Below, piece by piece: positions 39,853 to 49,883 of a stretch of DNA of 64,000 nucleotides (positions within the stretch are counted from its first letter, which is position 1; each line of letters begins with the position of its first letter). The translations under genes and the position numbers were made by a program. The notes under the pieces are model-generated. The model had not been told where the DNA came from. It ran no database searches and saw only the letters and a program-made list of their open reading frames with translations. The DNA lies in the NCBI GenBank assembly GCA_027623315.1, contig JAQBYD010000005.1, positions 16,699 to 80,698 on the forward strand. Direction: 5' to 3'. The stretch comes from Verrucomicrobiota bacterium (GTDB lineage Bacteria > Verrucomicrobiota > Kiritimatiellia > CAJWTS01).

Positions 39853-40734
39853 ATGAAACTTGGAGTCATTGGCGGAACCGGTGTGTACGGTATAGACGGA
39901 ATAGAAGATCTGACCCATGAAGAGGTGGAGACACCGTTCGGGAGCCCGTCAGACTCCTATGTCTGTGGAAAGCTCGACGGGCGTGAGGTCGTATTTCTGC
40001 CTCGTCACGGGCGCGGCCATCGCTTGTTGCCGTCTGAAATCAATCATCGTGCCAATATCTGCGGCATGAAGCAGCTCGGTGTCGACAGGGTCCTGTCGAT
40101 CAGCGCGGTGGGTAGTCTTCGTGAGGAGTATCGGCCTCGCGACATCGTTCTGGCGGATCAATATTTTGACCGGACCAAGGAATCAGCCGCGCATACATTT
40201 TTCGGTGACGGAGTCGTGGCGCACGCCTCCCTGGCTGATCCGGTCTGTCATGACCTGGCGCACTGCGTGCGCAGTGCGGCCGAGAAGGTCATCCAGTCGC
40301 GACCAGAGGGCGACCATGTCCGCGTGACCCGCGGCGGGACCTACGTCCAGATGCAGGGACCGGCGTTTTCCACCAGGGCAGAGTCGAACACTTATCGGGG
40401 GCTTGGCTTCGACGTGATTGGCATGACCAGCTTGGGAGAGGCAAAGCTCTGCCGTGAGGCCGAACTCTGTTACCAGCCGATGTGTATGGTCACCGACTAC
40501 GATTGCTGGCACGAATCGGAAGAGGCGGTGACCGTGGAACTCGTGGTGGCGCATCTGCATGCAAACGCAGCGCTAGCGAAGGATATTGTCCGTCAACTGA
40601 TCCCGGAGTTGGCGGAGTCCCCGCCATGCGGGTGCAGTTCCGCCATGGCCGGCTCGATATTGACCCAACCGGATGCCGTGCCGGCGGATGCCAGGGCGCG
40701 GTTGCAGCCGATCATCGGAAGATATCTCTCCTGA
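39853..40734 (+). CDS. mtnP: S-methyl-5'-thioadenosine phosphorylase
   Basis: IGGTG, FLPRHG, GPAFSTRAES, IGMT, VTDYDCWH. Confidence 0.93.
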   Translation: MKLGVIGGTGVYGIDGIEDLTHEEVETPFGSPSDSYVCGKLDGREVVFLPRHGRGHRLLPSEINHRANICGMKQLGVDRVLSISAVGSLREEYRPRDIVLADQYFDRTKESAAHTFFGDGVVAHASLADPVCHDLAHCVRSAAEKVIQSRPEGDHVRVTRGGTYVQMQGPAFSTRAESNTYRGLGFDVIGMTSLGEAKLCREAELCYQPMCMVTDYDCWHESEEAVTVELVVAHLHANAALAKDIVRQLIPELAESPPCGCSSAMAGSILTQPDAVPADARARLQPIIGRYLS

Positions 40735-40792
40735 TCCGCACGCGATGACTCGATTGCGGCAGGGCCGCTTGAAAATCCCCGGGTTGTTCCAG

Positions 40793-41542
40793 ATGCGCCT
40801 TGACCGCCAGATCCTTTTAGATTCAACGCGAGCATTGTGGCACAGCACGCTGGACCTGGTGTATCCCCGGCGCTGCGAGAGCTGTCACGGTGCGGTGCTC
40901 GACGAGGCACGCCACTTGTGCTGGGATTGCATGACCCGAATGCAGCTAATCCAGCAGCCGCATTGTGACCGCTGTGGAGATCCCATCGAGGGCAAGGTGG
41001 ATCATGACCCGATGTGCGCGTACTGCGCGCGGCACCGGATCTGGTTCACCCGCGCTCGTTCTGCGGTGCGTTACCGCGGACCGATCCGCGACGTCATCCA
41101 GTCATTCAAGTACAGGAACGCACTTTACTTGGGCCGGGACATGAACCTGTTGCTCCTGGCCTGCGTGCAGGCACACTACGGGGCCATACCGTTCGATGCC
41201 GTGACGAGTGTGCCGCTTTTCGCGAGGCGCGAGCGCGAGCGGACGTACAATCAGGCGGCCGTACTCGCACGCGCTCTCGCGTCAGAATTGCGCTCACCAT
41301 ACGACAATCGCCTCGTGACCCGGATTCGAGACACGCAGACCCAGACGCACCTCTCGGCCTCTGAGCGACGGCAGAACATGACAGGTGCGTTCGTGCCGCA
41401 CGGCTCGAACGGCAGGCAGGGACAGCGACTCCTTCTGGTTGACGATGTGATGACGACCGGGGCAACGGTCAACGAGTGCGCGCGCGCCCTCAAGGAAGCC
41501 GGCGCGGAATACGTCTATGTCGCCACGGTCGCGAGGGGGTAG
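40793..41542 (+). CDS. comF: ComF family protein (zinc ribbons + PRTase fold)
   Basis: CxxC pairs; ER.YNQA; LLVDDVMTTGATV. Confidence 0.9.
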   Translation: MRLDRQILLDSTRALWHSTLDLVYPRRCESCHGAVLDEARHLCWDCMTRMQLIQQPHCDRCGDPIEGKVDHDPMCAYCARHRIWFTRARSAVRYRGPIRDVIQSFKYRNALYLGRDMNLLLLACVQAHYGAIPFDAVTSVPLFARRERERTYNQAAVLARALASELRSPYDNRLVTRIRDTQTQTHLSASERRQNMTGAFVPHGSNGRQGQRLLLVDDVMTTGATVNECARALKEAGAEYVYVATVARG

Positions 41543-41700
41543 GGGTGATTGAAAAATGGACATTGAGACTTTCTGCAAGGCACTGGGCACGCTTCTGGTC
41601 TCGAGCCCCGACCCAAGTCTCCCCATCGAGCACCTTGTCGAGAACCACCCCGCATTAGTCCTCGTCAAAGTTCTCGGATCAGGAGGGCAGACATTTGAGA

Positions 41701-41846
41701 CAGGACGATTACTGGCAGGACGATTTTTCAGAGAGTCGATGGATGCCTGGAACAGCCAGACTTTACCGTCGCGCCCAGGGGCCGCATCGGACTCCAAGAG
41801 TCACATGCACACACCCAAACTAATCGTCCTGCCAGTAATCGTCCTG
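41701..41846. repeat. Perfect 25-bp inverted repeat built from a 15-nt unit
   Basis: caggacgattactggcaggacgatt ... aatcgtcctgccagtaatcgtcctg. Confidence 0.85.
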
Positions 41847-42013
41847 CCAGAACTCCGGGATTCAGGCGCGAAACGGATTCGGTCGGGTTCCCCGATGGGG
41901 TGGCTTTCAGCACGTTTGTCGCGCACGGCGAGATCAGATGGAGCCCGAAAGGCTCAAGGCTCAATTTCCAAGTCTCAAGGCGCATGTTGGTTGATCACTT
42001 GCCAGTTGCCACT

Positions 42014-42085
42014 CCTGAAACAAGAGAGTCCCGATCCCTGATCTCGGAGAGAGTCAGGGCGAGACCGGGCCTCTCTTGTTTCAGG
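42014..42085 (-). terminator. Long hairpin at the 3' end of the helicase gene
   Basis: cctgaaacaagagag...ctctcttgtttcagg arms; no clear U-tract. Confidence 0.55.
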
Positions 42086-44164
42086 TTAGCCCCGCTTTCG
42101 GGCAGGCTGTTTCGCGGCGGAGGGCCTCTTGACGGCCTTTTTCTTTGATCTGCGTGATGTAGGGCCCTTCTTCGCGGGCGTCGGAGAGGTGGTGGGTGAG
42201 GAGCCGCCGACGGCCTCGGCCTGGGATCGCTCCAGCAAGGCAGTTGGAGCCTGTTTGCCGTGCAGCTCGTAGAGAAAACGGGAGGGCAGGGGAGTGACGC
42301 GCTGCCCGAATCTCCCCCGGCTCTTGGCATACGTGATCGTGAGGCGCCGTTTGGCGCGCGTGATTCCGACGTAGGCAAGCCGTCGCTCCTCCTCAACCGC
42401 CCCGTCCTGAATCGATCTTAGATGCGGTAATAGGCCCTCTTCGACACCGACGAGATAGACTTCCCCGAATTCCAGGCCCTTCGCCGAATGCAGCGTCATC
42501 AGGGTAAGTTTATCGTCGCTTGGCTCGTCTCCCTCCTCTTCGTCGCTCGCGCTTAGGGCGACGTCGTCCAGAAATGTGCCCAGGTTGGCACCACGGCGAC
42601 GCCGGGCGTGCATCTCGGCCATGTTAACGACCTCCTTGACCGCCTCCCAGCGCTTCGCTCGCGCCGTTGGATCCGCGTACGCGCGTTCGAGTTCGCGATC
42701 ATAACGTACCTCCCGGATCAGCCGTTTGACCAGGTCGACAAGGTTAGGTCCGTCCTGCAACTCGCGCAGTCCGTCGATCGTGGACAGGAATCGTCGCGCG
42801 GACTCTACGGTTGCGGCTCGCAGGCCGGGGACCGAATCGCCTTGGCGGATCACTTCGGCGACGGAGATCGAACGCTGCGCGGCGACCGCCAGCATCGTCT
42901 CGACCGACGTCAGGCCAATGCCTCGCGGCGGAGTGTTGATCACGCGCAACAGCGAAAGCTCGTCTTCCGGATTGGCGACGAGCTTGAGATAGGACAGTAT
43001 ATCTTTGATTTCCTTGCGGTCAAAAAAAGACATGCCGCCGACGAGCACGTACGGGATGTTTTGCTCACGAAGCCTCAACTCGAACAATCTTGGCTGGATC
43101 GCGGTACGAAACAGAATGGCCACATCTCCGGGTGGGACGAGCCGGTCGCGGACGCGGGCGAGGACGTCCTCGACCACGTACTGCGCTTCGGCTTCCTCAT
43201 CGGGCAGGCTGTTGACCTGGATCGATTCGCCGCTCGCGCACGCGGCGCGAAGGGCCTTCTCGTGCCGCGACGTGTTGTTGCGAATCACGGCGTTGGCTCC
43301 ATCAATGATCTCTGGAGTGGATCGATAGTTTGTCTCGAGACGCACGACCACGGCCTTGGGGAAGTCGTCTTCGAAATTTAGTATCTTGGAGACGTCGGCG
43401 CCGCGCCATCCATAGATCGACTGATCGTCGTCACCGACGACACAGACGTTGCGATGTTCGCCGCCGATTCGCTTGACGATCTCGTACTGCGGCCCGTTGG
43501 TGTCCTGGTATTCATCCACAAGGAGATACTGGAAGCGCTTGCGGAACTGGGAGAGCGTGCGCTTGTCGTCGAGTAGCTTAACCATGTAGAGCAAGAGGTC
43601 ATCGAAATCGAGCACCCCGCTGGCGCGCAGGCCGGCGTCGTAGCGGCGATACGCCTGAGCGATATCGATATCCCGGTCGTCTCCGGATGATGCCAGGGCA
43701 TCGGGAGCCATCATGCGATTCTTGAGCAGGCTAACCTGGCCAAGGCACGCGCGCGGGGCGAGGGTCGTCTCGGGGATCTGTAGTTCGCGCAACGCGCGTT
43801 TCATGGCGACCAACTGGTCATCGGCATCACAGATGCCGAACGCCTTGCGGATGCCCACGCGGTCGCCGTACTGCCGGAGCGAGCGCATGCAGAACGAATG
43901 AAATGTACCGACCGTCAGATCGCTGACGCCGCGTTTTGAAACGAGTTGGCGGATTCGATCCTTCATCTCACCGGCGGCCTTGTTCGTAAAGGTCATCGCC
44001 AACACCGACCGGGGAGCGACTCCGCGGGACAACATGTGCGCTATCCGATGGGTGATGACCCGCGTCTTGCCGGTTCCCGCGCCGGCCAGAACCAGCAGCG
44101 GTCCTTTCGTCGTCCTCACAGCTCTTGACTGCTCGGCATTAAGTCCCCTGGTGAATTTGCTCAT
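42086..44164 (-). CDS. UvrD/PcrA/Rep family DNA helicase
   Basis: LAGAGTGKT, TFTNKAA, VDEYQDTN, VGDDDQSIY, NYRS, TLHSAKGLEF, EERRLAYVGITRA. Confidence 0.95.
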   Translation of the reverse strand: MSKFTRGLNAEQSRAVRTTKGPLLVLAGAGTGKTRVITHRIAHMLSRGVAPRSVLAMTFTNKAAGEMKDRIRQLVSKRGVSDLTVGTFHSFCMRSLRQYGDRVGIRKAFGICDADDQLVAMKRALRELQIPETTLAPRACLGQVSLLKNRMMAPDALASSGDDRDIDIAQAYRRYDAGLRASGVLDFDDLLLYMVKLLDDKRTLSQFRKRFQYLLVDEYQDTNGPQYEIVKRIGGEHRNVCVVGDDDQSIYGWRGADVSKILNFEDDFPKAVVVRLETNYRSTPEIIDGANAVIRNNTSRHEKALRAACASGESIQVNSLPDEEAEAQYVVEDVLARVRDRLVPPGDVAILFRTAIQPRLFELRLREQNIPYVLVGGMSFFDRKEIKDILSYLKLVANPEDELSLLRVINTPPRGIGLTSVETMLAVAAQRSISVAEVIRQGDSVPGLRAATVESARRFLSTIDGLRELQDGPNLVDLVKRLIREVRYDRELERAYADPTARAKRWEAVKEVVNMAEMHARRRRGANLGTFLDDVALSASDEEEGDEPSDDKLTLMTLHSAKGLEFGEVYLVGVEEGLLPHLRSIQDGAVEEERRLAYVGITRAKRRLTITYAKSRGRFGQRVTPLPSRFLYELHGKQAPTALLERSQAEAVGGSSPTTSPTPAKKGPTSRRSKKKAVKRPSAAKQPARKRG

Positions 44165-44266
44165 CGGATCAGGAATCTGTCATGTGCGGGCACACGAAGC
44201 CGCTGACACTATCAGGCGCGGACATACGCACACAAGACGCTAACTAAAAACCTCACCGGACTCGGG

Positions 44267-44359
44267 CCCACGAATCACGCGAATCATGCGAACCTGCCCC
44301 ACGTGCGGCAAGGCTTTGCCGCGCCCGTGCGGGGCGGGCAGGTTCGCGTGATTCGTGGG
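44267..44359. repeat. 9-mer micro-repeat hairpin enclosing a REP-like element
   Basis: cccacgaatcacgcgaa ... ttcgcgtgattcgtggg around cctgcccc...gggcagg. Confidence 0.8.
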
Positions 44360-44439
44360 CTCCTTCTCTCTCCGAGTTCAGTTGCACCCTCGAACAGTTC
44401 GGACTTTACATGTGAGCAGGCCGGTGTTTCGGTTCCTGC

Positions 44440-45774
44440 ATGTCTTCGCTCGATGATACCCTTGCACGCCTCTACGCGCGCCGTACCTTTGGCGTCAAGC
44501 TGGGGCTTGAGTCGATCGAGCTGCTGCTTGCAAAACTCGGCAATCCGGAGCAGGAGCTTGCGTGCGTTCATGTGGCGGGAACGAACGGGAAGGGGAGCGT
44601 CTGCGCGATGCTGGAGTCGATTCTCGGCGAGACAGGCTTGAGGCCCGGTATGTACACGTCGCCGCACCTTGTGCGCTTTCACGAGCGGTTCCGCATCGCC
44701 GGCCGCGAAATCGAGGACGCGGAGCTGGCAGACCTTGTGGAGGTCGTCGATGAACAGGCCAACGCCGTGGCAGCGGAGTCCGGAGGTCGGGAGATCACTT
44801 TCTTCGAATTCGCGACGGCGATGGCTTTTGAGCATTTCCGACGCAGCAGCGTGCGGTTGGTGATACTGGAGACGGGGCTGGGCGGCCGTCTTGACGCGAC
44901 CAACGTCGTGACGCCCCTGCTATCGGTCATTACGCGAATTGACCTGGATCACACTCAGCATCTGGGGCCCGATATCAGAACGATCGCGGCAGAAAAATGC
45001 GGGATCATCAAACCCGGTCGCCCCGTCGTCTGCGGAGCGATGCCGCTAGACGCCTCCGATGTGGTGCGTTCGGTCGCCCGGGATCGATCGGCGCCGTTCG
45101 TCGATGCTGAAGCCATCGTGTCGATCGAGTCCGTTAGCTGCGACCTGGATGGTCAGAAGCTGCGTATTGCATCCCAGGAAGCGTCCTACGGGACATGCCG
45201 TACGCCGCTGATCGGGCTGCACCAGGCGGAGAACGTAGCGACATGCATTGCGACGCTCGAGGAGCTGGGCCGGGCTGCGGGCCTTGAGATCGGCATACAG
45301 GCTGTTCGCGAGGGATTGGCTGCGCTGCGCTGGCCGGCGCGATTCCAGGTGCTGTCGAGGGATCCGGTGGTCATACTCGACGGAGCGCACAATCCGGGCG
45401 GCGCGGTTGTCTTGGCGGCGAGCTGGCGGCGCGTTCTGAAAGATACACCGATGGGGCTGATTCTCGGACGGGGCTCGGATCGGGATGACCCCGATTATCT
45501 GAGGGCCTTCGCAGGCCTCGTGAAACGGTGCTGGACGGTGCCGCTGGGGCGGGGGCAAGGCATCAGTCCCCCTGCCCTGGCGGCTGCGACTCGGGCGCAG
45601 GGATGGGACGCGAAGGCCTCCAGCCTGGACGAGGCATTGCCGCAGGCGCGGGAGTGGGCTGCAGCCAACCAGGCAGCCGTCTGTATTACCGGATCGCTCT
45701 ACCTGGCCGGCGAGGTGCTGGAGCGGTTTGCGGATGAGGCGCGCCCGAGGGTCGATCCAGTTCATCCCGTCTAA
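44440..45774 (+). CDS. folC: Bifunctional folylpolyglutamate/dihydrofolate synthase
   Basis: HVAGTNGKGS, YTSPHL, ETGLGGRLDATN, LDGAHN, GSLYLAG. Confidence 0.95.
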   Translation: MSSLDDTLARLYARRTFGVKLGLESIELLLAKLGNPEQELACVHVAGTNGKGSVCAMLESILGETGLRPGMYTSPHLVRFHERFRIAGREIEDAELADLVEVVDEQANAVAAESGGREITFFEFATAMAFEHFRRSSVRLVILETGLGGRLDATNVVTPLLSVITRIDLDHTQHLGPDIRTIAAEKCGIIKPGRPVVCGAMPLDASDVVRSVARDRSAPFVDAEAIVSIESVSCDLDGQKLRIASQEASYGTCRTPLIGLHQAENVATCIATLEELGRAAGLEIGIQAVREGLAALRWPARFQVLSRDPVVILDGAHNPGGAVVLAASWRRVLKDTPMGLILGRGSDRDDPDYLRAFAGLVKRCWTVPLGRGQGISPPALAAATRAQGWDAKASSLDEALPQAREWAAANQAAVCITGSLYLAGEVLERFADEARPRVDPVHPV

Positions 45775-45872
45775 TTTGATTCACGCCGGTCGATTAGCCC
45801 GCCGGTGAGTGCTCGGAGGCGGGGCTACGCTCGCGGCGTCGCAATGGGGTTGACCGGTGTCGCGCGTAGACC

Positions 45873-46212
45873 GGAAAGCGGCGTCCCATCCTTCGCGCTG
45901 CGCTTGCTTCGGAGGGCACGGCAGGCCGCCGCACTCCAAAACGCCTTCGGCGTAGGATCGTCAGCCTGCAGGGAGTCTGCGGTCCCGATCGCCCAGATCA
46001 TGTCCCGAATCTTCTGCAATTCGGAAATGCACTGCATCCGACTGTCTGATCTGCGGCGCTTCCGGCTGCGCTCTGTGAGCTTCTCAGCACAAAGCGCCGC
46101 AGGGCAACCGAAGACTGCATTTCGGCCGTGCCCGCCGAAGCCACGAGCTTGCGACGGCGAAGGCCGGGTGCCCGACGCAGGAGGTTCGAATCTCCCGAGA
46201 AATGCAGTCTTC
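45873..46212. repeat. Cluster of nested REP-like elements downstream of tRNA-Leu
   Basis: aaagcggcgtc...gccgccgcactccaaa interrupted by a small REP (45886-45918); 14-bp inverted repeat gaagactgcatttc (46110-46123 / 46199-46212) enclosing another copy (46129-46168). Confidence 0.7.
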
Positions 46213-46275
46213 CTTTCTCGTCCGCCAATTTGCAGAAGACCTCGCACGCGACCATCGCCCGGATCATGATTCGAT

Positions 46276-46359
46276 TGCCGGAGGAGGGACTCGAACCCCC
46301 ACGATGTCACCACCGGCAGATTTTGAGTCTGCTGCGTCTGCCAATTCCGCCACTCCGGC
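46276..46359 (-). tRNA. tRNA-Leu (CAA)
   Basis: GCAGA-CT-CAA-AA-TCTGC anticodon arm; variable arm; GTTCGAGT. Confidence 0.95.
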
Positions 46360-46463
46360 ATGGAGGATCGTTATCGTGCGCCAGTATTGAAGGGAATTCA
46401 ATACTGGAAACGCAGTCTTCCACTTGCGACGCCAAATTGCGGAAGATCTCGTTCGCAACCGTG

Positions 46464-48215
46464 TCACTTGGCGGGCTTCATTTCGCCCGACTTATACCGC
46501 GCCCAGTAGTCCTTCACTTTCCGAAGGACGCGCGGTGCCAGGATGGCGCTGCCCACGATATTCGGAAAGGCCATGCTCAGGATCATGGCATCCGAGAAGT
46601 CCAGCACGTCCGAAAGCTTATTTACCGCTCCGACGACGATGGCCGCTAGGAAGACGAGGCGAAACACGATCACGGTCTTGAGTCCAATGCCTCCAAAATG
46701 GTCAAGCAGGTAGATCCAGCCTCTTTCCCCGTAGTAGCACCATGAAATCATCGTCGAGTACGCGAAGAGCCCGATGCAGCCGGTCAGCACGTACGGAAAC
46801 CACGGGATGACGCTCCCGAATGCCGCCGTCGTCAAGGCTACACCCGCTTCACGCGGAATCGAGGCGTCGTTCCAGGCGCCGGTAATGATCACGACCAGCG
46901 CGGTCATCAGGCAGACGACAATCGTGTCGATGAACGGACCGAGCATGGCCACCAAGCCTTCGCGCACGGGCTCGTCGGTCTTCGCAGCGGCATGCGCAAT
47001 CGCGGCGCTGCCCAGACCGGCTTCATTCGAGAATGCGGCGCGCTTGATACCCATCACCATGACACCGGCCATTCCTCCAAAGAATGCGTTCTGTCCGAAT
47101 GCCATCTTGAATATCAGCGCGATGCAGTCGTCGAACTGGCGCCAGTTGGCGAGGATGATGAACAACGACGTGAGGACGTAGAGGCCGCACATTGCAGGGA
47201 CGATTCGAGAGGTTGCGAGGCCGATGCGCTTGATGCCGCCGAGTATGACTGCCCCTACAAAAACGGCCAACGTGATGCCGATGGCCCATGGCGCGCGGTC
47301 ACTCTCGATCCCGAAGGCCGTCGTAAAGGCTTCCACGGTCTGATTCGCCTGGAACATGTTTCCGCCGCCGATCGCGCCGCCCATGACCATCAGGGCGAAC
47401 ATCACGGCAAGTACTTTTCCGAGTCCCGCCCATTTTGCCCCCATGTCCTTTAAGCCCAGGTCCAGGTAGTACATCGGGCCGCCCGAGATCGTGCCGTCCG
47501 CATTCTGCTGACGGTAGAGTTGCGAGAGTACGCAACTGCTGAATTTGGCCGACATGCCGAACACGGCGGCCAAGAGCATCCAGAACACGGCGCCGGGGCC
47601 ACCGAGTTGAATGGCGATGGCCACTCCTGCGATATTGCCGAGCCCCACGGTTGCCGAGAGGGCGCTCGTGAGAGCGCGAAAGTGAGAGATCTCGCCTTCG
47701 TCTTGCGGCTTGTCGTATTTCCCCGCCACGATGTCAATCGCGTGACGGAAGCCGCGAATATTGATCCACCCGTACCAGAACGTGAAGAAGATCGCGCCGA
47801 TCAGCAGAAAGAGGACAAGGAACGGAATCTCGACGACCTTCTTGCCCGCAACGCCATCTTTGTCGAGAAGCGGATTGCCGTATTCATCGACTTCGTGAAT
47901 CTCGATCGACCCGAAGCTGACGTCAAAGAAGAGCACCGTAAAGATCGCTTGATTGACGTAGGAGAGCGCGGAGCGGGCCGGGGCGACCTCCTCGGCGTGT
48001 GCTTGATCGGCGTCCTCCAGCCCCGTGGTGGCCGCGGGCTGCTCGGAATCCGACTCTTCAGCCGGTGGACGAGCGAGAAATTCTCTGGCGTCAGGAAGTC
48101 CGGGGAGACCATCCGAGTCCTGGGCGACTGCCGAGAACGGCATCGAGGACATCCATGCAGCCAGGACTATTGGGGTCACCGCAAAACGGTGTAGGGAAAG
48201 CCAACTCATACGCAT
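46464..48215 (-). CDS. Alanine/glycine:cation symporter family protein
   Basis: ALSATVGLGNIAGVA, GGPGAVFWM, GGPMYY, FSNEAGLGSA. Confidence 0.93.
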   Translation of the reverse strand: MRMSWLSLHRFAVTPIVLAAWMSSMPFSAVAQDSDGLPGLPDAREFLARPPAEESDSEQPAATTGLEDADQAHAEEVAPARSALSYVNQAIFTVLFFDVSFGSIEIHEVDEYGNPLLDKDGVAGKKVVEIPFLVLFLLIGAIFFTFWYGWINIRGFRHAIDIVAGKYDKPQDEGEISHFRALTSALSATVGLGNIAGVAIAIQLGGPGAVFWMLLAAVFGMSAKFSSCVLSQLYRQQNADGTISGGPMYYLDLGLKDMGAKWAGLGKVLAVMFALMVMGGAIGGGNMFQANQTVEAFTTAFGIESDRAPWAIGITLAVFVGAVILGGIKRIGLATSRIVPAMCGLYVLTSLFIILANWRQFDDCIALIFKMAFGQNAFFGGMAGVMVMGIKRAAFSNEAGLGSAAIAHAAAKTDEPVREGLVAMLGPFIDTIVVCLMTALVVIITGAWNDASIPREAGVALTTAAFGSVIPWFPYVLTGCIGLFAYSTMISWCYYGERGWIYLLDHFGGIGLKTVIVFRLVFLAAIVVGAVNKLSDVLDFSDAMILSMAFPNIVGSAILAPRVLRKVKDYWARYKSGEMKPAK

Positions 48216-48245
48216 ATTCCGCTCCTCTTGCTGGTTTAGCGATCG

Positions 48246-48274
48246 AGTTTGCTGGGCCGGTTCCGCGTTGTCAA
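48246..48274 (-). promoter_or_regulatory. Putative sigma70 promoter
   Basis: TTGACA-17-CAAACT; RBS GAGGAG downstream. Confidence 0.5.
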
Positions 48275-48385
48275 TCCCACGGTTCCGGCGTTTCGTCTAA
48301 CGGTGACGCGGTTAGGTATCCCGCTTTCTCCAATGAACATACATCATTTCGCGACGGGGGCCGTGCTGCCGGAGCGGGTCCGAGC

Positions 48386-49528
48386 TCACGCCGCCGGTAT
48401 CTTTGAGGAGTGCGTGAGGAGCTGCATCCAGAAGTCGATTCTCACTCCCGTCTCCCAGTTGCCCTTCTTGCGGGTCACGAGGCGGCGTGCATTGCGCCCC
48501 AGGATCGCTTCGTCCACGCTCAGAACCGTCACAGTCGACTTGCCGAGGCGCGACGTCTCCTGCGGTGTCGCATGGCGGCCCTGTAGAGGCACACCACCTT
48601 CGGAGACCTGTATTGTGATCGGGCCGCCGCGGTATGCTTCGCCGGACCACAGGCCGGAATAGCGCTGAAAGTAGTCCGGACACGATGCCGTCTTCACGAC
48701 CAGTGTGAAGGCGGGTGGAACCTGTGCCAGGAAGTCGCCGAAACTGGATTTGGATGTATCCCGCTTGAAGCCGAAGAACGCGATCGGGTCGAGACCGATC
48801 AAGTTGCGCCCATCGTAGATGCCGTGCGGCGTCTTAGTGATGTGTCCAAACCTGGTATTCATGAGCAGCCCCACTTCGAAGTGCAGATGGCTGCGTGATA
48901 CCGGGACGCCGAGTGTCGAGGTGTTCCCCATGATTCCGAGCTCTCGGCCCATCGCAACGTACTGCGCCTCCCTCAGGGCTTTGTCGACCGTGGCGAGGTG
49001 GGCGTACAGCGTATAGACGCCTCCGACCGGATCGGCATGCTCGAGCACAATGTACTTTCCGTACGATGACCTGCCCGCGCTGCGGTTGATGTACACGATC
49101 TTTCCGTCGGCGACGGCATAGACGGGATCGAGGGGGCGCTGCCGCCGGTCACGTTGCAAAGGTGCGATATCGATGCCTTCATGAAATTTCGAGAGTCCGC
49201 TGTCGTACGAGCGCACCGAGCCGTATAGACCGGATTCGGGGCGCCCGCTGGACGTCGGTTGAAAGACCGTGGCGTCCACGCGATCGAGCAGTGCGATCTG
49301 CGCCGTCGGAAAGCGGACCTCTGCAAGCTGAGCCGGCTGCATGGAGGTCTCGCGATGAAAGGCTCTTGGGACAATCAGGGTTGCGAGGGCAAGCACAAGG
49401 CATCCCACAGCGGCAAGCCACAAGACACGCAGCGCCATTGGCGGAAGATTGCGCCGGTCGTCCGCGTCCCACGGAAGCGTGGGGAGGGGCCGCTTTGAGC
49501 CTGGCGTCTCATTATCGGTTTCGTTCAT
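48386..49528 (-). CDS. M23 family metallopeptidase with N-terminal TM anchor
   Basis: FHEGIDI, YGKYIVLEH, TLYAHL, HLHFEV. Confidence 0.9.
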   Translation of the reverse strand: MNETDNETPGSKRPLPTLPWDADDRRNLPPMALRVLWLAAVGCLVLALATLIVPRAFHRETSMQPAQLAEVRFPTAQIALLDRVDATVFQPTSSGRPESGLYGSVRSYDSGLSKFHEGIDIAPLQRDRRQRPLDPVYAVADGKIVYINRSAGRSSYGKYIVLEHADPVGGVYTLYAHLATVDKALREAQYVAMGRELGIMGNTSTLGVPVSRSHLHFEVGLLMNTRFGHITKTPHGIYDGRNLIGLDPIAFFGFKRDTSKSSFGDFLAQVPPAFTLVVKTASCPDYFQRYSGLWSGEAYRGGPITIQVSEGGVPLQGRHATPQETSRLGKSTVTVLSVDEAILGRNARRLVTRKKGNWETGVRIDFWMQLLTHSSKIPAA

Positions 49529-49589
49529 TCTTCGTTCCAATATTCTCTTTCCGAAATGCTGGAATATAGTACAAAGGAACAGGATATCA

Positions 49590-49832
49590 ACGCACAAGCG
49601 ATATCCCGGATCAACCGGCGTCGACGAATTCGGTTCGAAGATCCTCGAGAACCAGATGTGCACACTCTCCGACGGCGACCTCTATATTCCGGATTGGCTT
49701 CGTGCGATGGCCGCCGCCGGCATCGATCCGCCGCTGATTGTGGCGGACTTCACGCCGAACACGGGTGGCGCAGCGCGGCTGGAGCCATCTGCACGGTATC
49801 TGCGCCGAGTGCTCGATGGATTGAGCCTCTGA
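49590..49832 (+). pseudogene. C-terminal fragment resembling a sugar-phosphate isomerase/epimerase (TIM barrel)
   Basis: MCTLSDGDLYIPDWLRAMAAAGIDPPLIVADF...SARYLR resembles the PLGEG.VD....GYDG.L.E end; no N-terminal part. Confidence 0.4.
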
Positions 49833-49883
49833 GCAACCCAGCCGGTTCTCGTGTTGTACTCGCGCCGTGTCGGGCTGCGGAGG

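Noticed and set aside
41556-42041. 161-aa ORF between comF and the helicase
   Set aside because: It spans inverted repeats and has no recognisable motifs; probably non-coding.
46169-46198. Additional tRNA gene
   Set aside because: Only a TTCGAA and acceptor-like fragment is present, with no D or anticodon arm.
48216-48385. Glycine riboswitch upstream of the alanine/glycine symporter
   Set aside because: The conserved GGAGA..CCGAAG..CTCAGG elements were not found.
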